64,000 bases of DNA from a virus. Shown here in pieces: positions 48,312 through 55,500 of the stretch. Every line of letters begins with the position of its first letter. The stretch's first letter is position 1. The stretch covers positions 32,001 through 96,000 of IMG/VR virus record IMGVR_UViG_3300009553_000019; one strand, written 5' to 3'. A program made the translations under genes and the position numbers. The notes below the pieces were generated by a model that had not been told where the DNA came from, ran no database searches, and saw nothing but the letters and a program-made list of their open reading frames with translations.

Positions 48312-48638
48312 ATGTCCAGTTATCACTACAACGACGATTTACGAAAGCATCTTAAGAAGCCTTCTGAGATTCCTTCAACCCCGCACTATGCGATATTGAT
48401 TTTTGAAGATCGGACTTATTGTGAAGCTGGGTGGGATGCCAATGATCCACCAACTACAGGTACTTATAGTGCTGCTAATTACTACGCATTTGAAGACCAG
48501 CAACTAGCAGAAAAAGTAGTAAAAGATCTTTATCAAGAAAATCAACATAATCTTCCCACTCACAAAGAAACAATTGTATTCTTCAAATCTAGTGGTAAAG
48601 CAGTAGTCGACATTTCTTTTAAGATTGGGTTTAAGTGA
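48312..48638 (+). CDS. Hypothetical protein
   Basis: GAGG RBS. Confidence 0.55.
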   Translation: MSSYHYNDDLRKHLKKPSEIPSTPHYAILIFEDRTYCEAGWDANDPPTTGTYSAANYYAFEDQQLAEKVVKDLYQENQHNLPTHKETIVFFKSSGKAVVDISFKIGFK

Positions 48639-48639
48639 C

Positions 48640-50355
48640 ATGTGTTGCATATTTGGAGCTAAGGTTAATCGTTGTTCTGATATTGACCAGCTAGCTAAGA
48701 AAATCACCAGAATGGCCATTTCTGGTGAGGATAGGGGTCGAGATGGTACTGGCGTAATTATCATCCACCCAACCCCTACTCCCAGGGTTGATGTCTTCAG
48801 ATCTCCTGAAAGAGCTTCAATTTGTGAAGAATCTCTTTATGCTTTTTTAGCAACGCATCTCTCTGAGAATTGCATTGTCGTAGGCAATAACCGATATCAG
48901 CCTCTTCAACAGCCAGATTCAGTAAATGAGTTAGCAAGACAACCCATTTATGTTGATGGTGTAATTCTAACCCACAACGGAACGTTTCCAGAAGATGATC
49001 TTCTGCAGGAGAAGTTTCATCTTAAGAATGAAACTGGGATTGATAGTGAAGTTTTAGCCAGGTTGTACCGACATTATCAGACGTTTGGTCAACGATTGCA
49101 GACTTCGGTTAAGATGTCGATATCGACTATTCAACATTTATTGCATGAGGTTGCTGGTGGTTTCGCTTGTGCTTTAGTTGATTCAAGGTCCCCAGGCACA
49201 CTACATCTTTTTCGTAACTTTAAACCACTCACCTTAGCATGGGTTCATTCTGATGAGGATGAAGAAGATCCAGATCTTAAGGTAAACGATTATCTTCTTT
49301 ACAATAGCGAAGCAAAGAACATTGAGGTTGCTGATGGTCGAAGAGATTGGCTAGACCCTCATATTCGATGGTTTGATATGCCCGCATATAGTGGCTTTAG
49401 TCTAGATGGTGGAGGGGTCGAACACTACTGGAAACTTGAAAACAAGATCTTAGCAAGTTTGCCAGCTAGATCTTCTAAGAGGTCGCTAGTTATCTGCTCT
49501 GGTGGTTTGGATAGTTCATTAGCAGCCTTCGTTTCAGCTAAGCTGGAAGGAAATGAAGTAACTCTTCTTCATATGGACTATGGGCAACGAGCTGTTGAAA
49601 GAGAAAAAGAAGCTGTAAATGTAGTTGCTGAAGAACTACAATGTAAAGCAGTTTTCGTTGATGCCAGCTATATTGGAAAATGGCATTCAACTAGTCCACT
49701 GATCAAGAATGGTGATGAGATCCCTCAAGGGTTTAGAAGCTCTGAATCTACACTTTGTTGGACTGCAGCTAGGAATATGGTGTTTCTAACCTTAGCTGCT
49801 GCATTTGCTGAAGGGCAAGGTTATTCAAGTATCTATTCTGGGTTTAACCTTGAAGAATCTGGTTCTTATAGTGACAATACTATAGAGTTTTTTAAGCGAT
49901 TTGATGCTTTTGCTGAGTTTGGAACGCAGACAAGGGTTACGAGTAGGTTGTCAATTGCCAGGTTGATGAAGACTGACAACATTCGTTTAGCTCACCACCT
50001 GAAGGTTCCGATGCAAGCAACTTGGAGCTGCGATACTTCAGGGGTTTTTGTTAAGGATCGCTACCCTAACAATGAATTTTACGAAAACTCTGTGAAGAGC
50101 TTAGACTTTTATGTTAATGCAGAGTGGAATAAAGATCACGATAGAGAAAAGGTTAACCATCAAAGAGCCCACATTCCTTGTGGAACCTGCGGATGTTGCC
50201 ATACCCGTAGGATTGCCTATAAGCGGGCTGGTTTACTAGACCCACAGCTTTATGCAGCACCTTTAAAAGATCTTCCACCATGGTGGAACGATGCTATCAA
50301 ACCTAGTCCTTATAGCATTGAAGAGTTGGTGATGGAAGTTCAAAAGGTTCGATAG
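48640..50355 (+). CDS. gat-queC: Gat-QueC fusion (class II glutamine amidotransferase + QueC); archaeosine-base synthase type
   Basis: ATG 48640 gives N-terminal MCCIFG (Ntn Cys), RGRDGTG, HNG, DSE; then SGGLDS, DYGQR, ARNMVFL, MK, TWSC...CGTCGCC. Confidence 0.92.
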   Translation: MCCIFGAKVNRCSDIDQLAKKITRMAISGEDRGRDGTGVIIIHPTPTPRVDVFRSPERASICEESLYAFLATHLSENCIVVGNNRYQPLQQPDSVNELARQPIYVDGVILTHNGTFPEDDLLQEKFHLKNETGIDSEVLARLYRHYQTFGQRLQTSVKMSISTIQHLLHEVAGGFACALVDSRSPGTLHLFRNFKPLTLAWVHSDEDEEDPDLKVNDYLLYNSEAKNIEVADGRRDWLDPHIRWFDMPAYSGFSLDGGGVEHYWKLENKILASLPARSSKRSLVICSGGLDSSLAAFVSAKLEGNEVTLLHMDYGQRAVEREKEAVNVVAEELQCKAVFVDASYIGKWHSTSPLIKNGDEIPQGFRSSESTLCWTAARNMVFLTLAAAFAEGQGYSSIYSGFNLEESGSYSDNTIEFFKRFDAFAEFGTQTRVTSRLSIARLMKTDNIRLAHHLKVPMQATWSCDTSGVFVKDRYPNNEFYENSVKSLDFYVNAEWNKDHDREKVNHQRAHIPCGTCGCCHTRRIAYKRAGLLDPQLYAAPLKDLPPWWNDAIKPSPYSIEELVMEVQKVR

Positions 50356-50358
50356 ACT

Positions 50359-50631
50359 ATGCCAAACCTTTATTACAACGACTGTGATTATGTTATTGCT
50401 GATTCTGTTGATGCTGCTAACAAAGTTCTATCTGAAACTTTAGGCCTCGATGTTGTAGAAGAGGACTGTGCTTTCACCGAAGCTGATATGGTAAAATTAG
50501 AGAAGATGGTTAGCATCTGGCTAAACGAAGAAGGTGAAGTATCGGAACCCGGTGATGGTTTGCTTACAACTTTTTCAGTAGCAGAGTGGTGTAAGCTAAG
50601 GTCTGGTTATCTTGGTTCAACGGAGCATTAA
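50359..50631 (+). CDS. Hypothetical acidic protein
   Basis: Tiles after Gat-QueC. Confidence 0.55.
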   Translation: MPNLYYNDCDYVIADSVDAANKVLSETLGLDVVEEDCAFTEADMVKLEKMVSIWLNEEGEVSEPGDGLLTTFSVAEWCKLRSGYLGSTEH

Positions 50632-51048
50632 ATGCAAAGACGATCGTTTTTAACTGGGCTAGTAGCAGTTGCTAGTCAATTAGTAGTTGATCCAAATGAG
50701 GTAAGACGAGTCTATTCTTTTGGTAAGCATTACCCGTCAATCTGGATCCAAAACATAGGTCTTTTACCATCGAGAACACCAACCAGTGAAAGGTATAAAC
50801 TATTCGCTGATCATGATGGGGTTTATAGGCTGCCAAATTATGTTGCAGTTGAAAATCAACATGTACCAGGAAAGTTGATTACTGGTATAGGTTGCAGAGT
50901 TGTTGATAGTGTTGTTGAGGATGGCGTACTAGTTAGAACTGGTTCCTATGTCTGCGGTAACCTCATTAAGGGAATCTTGGACTTGGACGTCTCAGGCTCA
51001 CCACTCACGCCTATCCAAAACTTAGTAGTGGAAGGTTTGCTAACTTGA
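50632..51048 (+). CDS. Hypothetical protein with N-terminal twin-arginine-like motif
   Basis: MQRRSFLTGLVAVA; GGAG RBS. Confidence 0.5.
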   Translation: MQRRSFLTGLVAVASQLVVDPNEVRRVYSFGKHYPSIWIQNIGLLPSRTPTSERYKLFADHDGVYRLPNYVAVENQHVPGKLITGIGCRVVDSVVEDGVLVRTGSYVCGNLIKGILDLDVSGSPLTPIQNLVVEGLLT

Positions 51049-51779
51049 CAAACTGCATTCTTTTTTCTGGTGGAGTTGATTCACTTATTGGTTGGTTTAG
51101 GATGGGTAAGCCAGCTGCTCTGTACTGTTCTTTGGGACATCGCTACGAAGGACTAGAACTTAATGCTACAAAAAACCTTGAAGATGTTACTCCTGAACTG
51201 AAAGTAACTGATATTGATTTGCTTTCAAACTTAGGTCAGTTTGAAAAGGAAGATGCGGAAATTCCTGGTAGAAACTTCCAGCTAGCTTTCGCTGCAGCCA
51301 TCAATGGTTATGATCATATTGGGGTGGTCTGCCAAAAAGATGAGAGATCTATACCTGACCGTTCTATCTACTTTTTTGGACTAGCAGAAAAAACTCTGAG
51401 CTACCTGTTTAATCGAAAAATAATCTTAGATCCTGTCTTTCCAGAGCATGATAAAACAGAGATGATCAAGTGGTTCCTAGACACAGAGCTAGGTATCGAG
51501 CGTGGACACAAGATAGAGATTCTAAAAGCTACTGTTGCTTGCTATCAACCACGATCAAACAGACAATGTGGCAACTGCCCAGCATGCTTTCGTAGAGCGG
51601 TAGCGTTTTGTAATAATGGTATTTTCGAAGTTTATGCTCAAGATGTATGGTGCTCGCCAATCGCAAAAGAGTACCTAAGAAAAGCAAAGAATGGTAGTTA
51701 CAGTGAAGATAGAAACAATCGAATATTGAATGCTTTCGTAGAGGCTGGAGTTTTGTTATCAGCAGATCCTGAAGTTTGA
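51045..51779 (+). CDS. queC: Second, stand-alone QueC-family ATP pyrophosphatase
   Basis: LFSGGVDS PP-loop, IPGRN, DKTEMI, CY......CGNCPACFRR. Confidence 0.85.
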   Translation: MTNCILFSGGVDSLIGWFRMGKPAALYCSLGHRYEGLELNATKNLEDVTPELKVTDIDLLSNLGQFEKEDAEIPGRNFQLAFAAAINGYDHIGVVCQKDERSIPDRSIYFFGLAEKTLSYLFNRKIILDPVFPEHDKTEMIKWFLDTELGIERGHKIEILKATVACYQPRSNRQCGNCPACFRRAVAFCNNGIFEVYAQDVWCSPIAKEYLRKAKNGSYSEDRNNRILNAFVEAGVLLSADPEV

Positions 51780-51789
51780 TTGATTGATT

Positions 51790-51863
51790 GGGACTGTAAT
51801 TCAATTGGTTAGAATTCCCGGCTCATAACCGGGCGGTTGTCGGTTCGAACCCGACCGGTCCCA
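51790..51863 (+). tRNA. tRNA with CAU anticodon, probably tRNA-Ile2 (lysidine); elongator Met not excluded
   Basis: Acceptor GGGACTG/CGGTCCC (G1:C72, so not initiator), CCCGG-CTCATAA-CCGGG anticodon arm, GTTCGAAC; no CCA. Confidence 0.88.
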
Positions 51864-51883
51864 CGATAGGAGTTTAAAAAGAG

Positions 51884-52669
51884 ATGAAATTGCATTTGGG
51901 TGCTGGAACTTGTCTTAAAGATGGTTGGACGAATGCTGATGTTTGGGTTCCAGATTGTGTCAAGCTGTTTTGGAATCGTTTGAGTAGAGAAGATGAACTT
52001 GGTGAGGCTAGAGTTTGGGTTAAGCCTGGACAAGAATCCGACGTTGCTAATGCTACAAAGTTCGTAAAGCTCAGATCAGCTCAAGATCTCTCAGCTTTTG
52101 AAGCTGGAAGTTGTGATGAGATATATTCAGCGCATTGGATGGAACATTTTCATCCAGCAGTTGCCTACGAATTATTTGGAGAGTTTCAAAGACTACTGAA
52201 GCCAGGGGTTGGAACTATGCTTCATGTGGTCCCAGATTTTGATAGGTTGGTCTACATGTGGCAAGCCATGCACAGTGAATGGGATCTTGAATTTCCTGTT
52301 CAAGCATGGAGAACCGTAGAAGATAATGCCCAAAGGAGGGTGAAAGTGGACACTTATGTTAATCCCTCTACTTTGATGCAGGAGAAATCTGATGAAGAGA
52401 TTAGAGCAGAATCAGCCAAAGAAAAGGCTGAACATCAATCTCGATTAGTCTATGACTATGAACGCTATAATACGATTGTCAACGGTACTTTGTGCCCGTT
52501 CTTATTCTCAAGTGATTATCCACAGCATAAGAGCCTATGGGGAAAGCATCTCGCAACTTTCCTGATGAAACGGTGGGGTTTTGATGATGTCAAAGCTGAA
52601 GTTGTAGGAACTGATTTACACTTTTCAGCTAAGTCTCCTACTGGTATTTATAACACAATCAGACTATGA
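51884..52669 (+). CDS. Class I SAM-dependent methyltransferase-like protein
   Basis: KLHLGAG...WTNAD, DEIYSAHWMEH, RLLKPG, VVPDF; AGGAG RBS. Confidence 0.8.
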   Translation: MKLHLGAGTCLKDGWTNADVWVPDCVKLFWNRLSREDELGEARVWVKPGQESDVANATKFVKLRSAQDLSAFEAGSCDEIYSAHWMEHFHPAVAYELFGEFQRLLKPGVGTMLHVVPDFDRLVYMWQAMHSEWDLEFPVQAWRTVEDNAQRRVKVDTYVNPSTLMQEKSDEEIRAESAKEKAEHQSRLVYDYERYNTIVNGTLCPFLFSSDYPQHKSLWGKHLATFLMKRWGFDDVKAEVVGTDLHFSAKSPTGIYNTIRL

Positions 52670-52890
52670 AACCAAAGCATTTAGATCCAGTAACCCTGCT
52701 AAGACTTCGACCGATTGATAGAATGGTTTTAACTGATTTGATAGTCGATATGGAACTGACTCCAGAACAGGTAGTTGCTGAGGCGTTACACCAGTTGATC
52801 ATTAAACGATCAAAAGATAAGGCAAAAGAAATTCGAAAAGTTGTTAAACGTATTAAGCCTAACGTTTCTTACTTGAGTCTGGTTAAGTAA
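52666..52890 (+). CDS. Small basic hypothetical protein (possible DNA-binding)
   Basis: ATGA/TAATG overlaps; RHH-like layout. Confidence 0.5.
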   Translation: MKPKHLDPVTLLRLRPIDRMVLTDLIVDMELTPEQVVAEALHQLIIKRSKDKAKEIRKVVKRIKPNVSYLSLVK

Positions 52891-54653
52891 TGGCTAGCAA
52901 CTCGTCGTATTATCCTGTCATCTTCGTAGATGCTAAGCTTTTGAAGTGTGAGGATATTCTAGGAAAACCTGGAAAATGGTGGTGTTGGTATCACCCGGAC
53001 TCAATCTTTTATCACCCTCATTTGCTTAGTAACGCCTTCACATCTAAAGACCAGCCAGAGCATAGGAAACATTTAGGTATTCCAGAAGAAACCTATGTTC
53101 TGGCGGATTCAGGTGGATTTCAAATTCACCAGAATATGAAGGCTGGTAAGAAGATTGATATCGAGCCATTGGAAATCTTGCGATGGCAGGAACGAAATGG
53201 CGATTGTGCTTTCATCATCGATACCCCAATTGGTGCTGAACACGATGATGCAACTTACGAACAGGGCTTAAAAGATACGATTGACAATGCTCAGTTCTTT
53301 CAGGACAATATGGTTTCTGATAAGCTGAGGATGTTAAACGTTTTGCATGGTCATACTTACGACCGAACTGTTCGGTGGTATGAAGAACTGTCGAAGTTTA
53401 CCTACCGCGGTAAGAATGGTTGGTCAGTAGGTTTTCATCCTTCTGGCGATGTAATGGGGCAGGCTAGGATGATGGGGTTCTTGATGCACATGGGGCATAC
53501 AGGATATACCCACTTTCTAGGAACGTCTGGTTGGAATGTTCAACCCCTGCTAGTATATGGGGCACAGTTCTTTGATCGACTGGTGTATGATAGTTCTTCG
53601 TATGCTTCTGGTTATACCACGAGAACGTATATCATGCCCTATGATGTAGCTAAGGGTGAAGAGCTAACGTTTGGTGATAGGTTACAATCATGGCATGGGT
53701 TGAAGAAACCACCTTGTTCATGTCCAGTCTGTACCCACATTCTGGAGAATGGTTATGACTTTAGCACTGCGATGAGACACCCTCAAGCGGGTGGTCATGT
53801 CATTTCTATGCACAACCTGTGTTTAATGATTGAGCGCCACAAGAAGTTAGAAGCTCTTCGTGACGACAAGCATAGGTATTTCAAGTATGTTCAAGATCAT
53901 TGCAGTAAGGCATCGTTTATGGCTTTGCATTACATCGATGATTGTCGATCAATGGGTTATTTAGCTGCTACTGAACGTTATGCAAAGTTGTTTCAAAGGA
54001 CTGTTGTCAGCCAAGTTCAAGCAGAGTTTGACTCACTTTTTGTTCAACCAAGCAAGTTAAAAGAGCAGGCTGCAATTAGAGATGATACCCCAGCACCACC
54101 AAAGATCAGTAAAAAGACAGGCTTACCACGTAAGGTGAAGGTTAAGCCACCAAAAGGGCCAAAGCTGGTGGGCTCGATTTCTTTTTCAGACATTCCTGCG
54201 ATTCAAGCTCTGGCAACTCAACTTAATACTGATCTTATCAATGGTTCATCAGAAGTTACTGATCAGGAAGTTGTTAGCGGACTTAGTCCTGTCGTACCAG
54301 CTCCAGAAGAGCTGCAAGAAGAAAGTCTAACTCTCCCTTGCCCAACGTCAGATACTGTAGAAACAAAAGATGTTGATACTGAGCCAGTAAAAGATAATTC
54401 AGCAATCTTCGATCACCATTTAATCGAGATTCCCAAGGCTCCAAAGGTCCCGAAAGTATTATTAACTGAGCCAAAACAACCTAAGGTAAAGAAGACGTCT
54501 AAGCCTCAGATGTTGGATTTATCTGGTATGCAAGAAGTTCATTTAGATGTAGTAGTAGAGAAACCAGAATGTTTTGGAACTCATGAACCTGGAATCTGTA
54601 CAGGTGAGTTTTGTCAGACAGTTTACGAAGAATGTAAGGGAATCAATCAGTGA
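52890..54653 (+). CDS. dpdA: TGT-fold 7-deazaguanine transglycosylase (DpdA-like) with long C-terminal extension
   Basis: DSGGFQ, IDTP, VLHG, HFLG, YDSSSY and zinc site CSCPVC...HNL; next to folE and queC genes. Confidence 0.82.
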   Translation: MASNSSYYPVIFVDAKLLKCEDILGKPGKWWCWYHPDSIFYHPHLLSNAFTSKDQPEHRKHLGIPEETYVLADSGGFQIHQNMKAGKKIDIEPLEILRWQERNGDCAFIIDTPIGAEHDDATYEQGLKDTIDNAQFFQDNMVSDKLRMLNVLHGHTYDRTVRWYEELSKFTYRGKNGWSVGFHPSGDVMGQARMMGFLMHMGHTGYTHFLGTSGWNVQPLLVYGAQFFDRLVYDSSSYASGYTTRTYIMPYDVAKGEELTFGDRLQSWHGLKKPPCSCPVCTHILENGYDFSTAMRHPQAGGHVISMHNLCLMIERHKKLEALRDDKHRYFKYVQDHCSKASFMALHYIDDCRSMGYLAATERYAKLFQRTVVSQVQAEFDSLFVQPSKLKEQAAIRDDTPAPPKISKKTGLPRKVKVKPPKGPKLVGSISFSDIPAIQALATQLNTDLINGSSEVTDQEVVSGLSPVVPAPEELQEESLTLPCPTSDTVETKDVDTEPVKDNSAIFDHHLIEIPKAPKVPKVLLTEPKQPKVKKTSKPQMLDLSGMQEVHLDVVVEKPECFGTHEPGICTGEFCQTVYEECKGINQ

Positions 54654-55237
54654 AACACGTTTACAATAAAGCGCAATGTGAAGCAGGTATCGATCTTCTC
54701 CTAAAGGGGCTGGGGGTGGATCTAGAAGATGATAATTTCACTGAAACTCCCGCTAGAGTTGCTAGAGCTTTTAGGGAGCTTTGTTCGGGACTGTATATAG
54801 AGACTGATGATATTGCAAAAATCTTTGGAAAGACTTTTGATTCACCCTACAAGGGCATTATCCAGGTCGGTCCTGTAATTGCTCATGGTGTTTGTCCACA
54901 TCATCTTTTGCCTGTAGAAATTGAAGCCGTTTTGGCTTATCTACCAAGGGATAAGAAACTTGGACTCTCAAAGTTAGCCCGAGCAATTAAAATGTTTGCT
55001 GCTAGACCAGCTATGCAGGAAACTGTTTCGCATGATCTGGTAGAAGCATTCGTTAAGTATGTCGATCCTTTGGGTGTAGCTCTTTACATGAATGGTAAGC
55101 ATAACTGTATGACTTGCCGAGGTATTTTGCAGACTCAAAGCACTGCGATTACCTTAGATGTCAGAGGTCTGTTTGAGACTGATCCAGGTGTGAAGACTGA
55201 ATTTCAACGACTTCTTAGCCAACAGTTGAGGAAGTGA
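54650..55237 (+). CDS. folE: GTP cyclohydrolase I
   Basis: ETPARVARAF, CPHHLLP, GLSKLAR, QE, HNCMTCRG. Confidence 0.95.
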   Translation: MKHVYNKAQCEAGIDLLLKGLGVDLEDDNFTETPARVARAFRELCSGLYIETDDIAKIFGKTFDSPYKGIIQVGPVIAHGVCPHHLLPVEIEAVLAYLPRDKKLGLSKLARAIKMFAARPAMQETVSHDLVEAFVKYVDPLGVALYMNGKHNCMTCRGILQTQSTAITLDVRGLFETDPGVKTEFQRLLSQQLRK

Positions 55238-55500
55238 TGCCTGATCTATCTGATGGTTTTAAACCTTACGAGACTACTGTTCTTTGTCCTACTTGTGAGA
55301 AGCAACCAATGATGTGTCGAGCTCAGTATCGACATGGTACTGCGGTTGAAAGACAGTTAGTTTGTAAAAACCCTGACTGTGGAGCTGTGTCACAAGATCT
55401 TTATGATCCAGCTTCAAAAAGGGTTGTATTCAACAAGCAGATGGATAGTGATGCAAACTTTCCCAATCGAACTCAACCTAAGAAGTCGAAGTCTGAGTAA
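55234..55500 (+). CDS. Zinc-ribbon protein
   Basis: CPTC...CKNPDC. Confidence 0.55.
   Translation: MMPDLSDGFKPYETTVLCPTCEKQPMMCRAQYRHGTAVERQLVCKNPDCGAVSQDLYDPASKRVVFNKQMDSDANFPNRTQPKKSKSE

Noticed and set aside
48625-48639. Track start for Gat-QueC at 48625
   Set aside because: Ntn amidotransferases need Cys at position 2, which ATG 48640 provides.
51776-51790. TTGATTGATTGATTG upstream of the CAU tRNA as another promoter copy
   Set aside because: It lacks the CATTATTATGAT core and the spacing; likely a short microsatellite.
42350-55237. Host-type queuosine tRNA pathway on a bacterial chromosome
   Set aside because: No queF, queA or queG in the window, Gat-QueC is present, and the context (baseplate, tail fibres, small ORFans) is phage.
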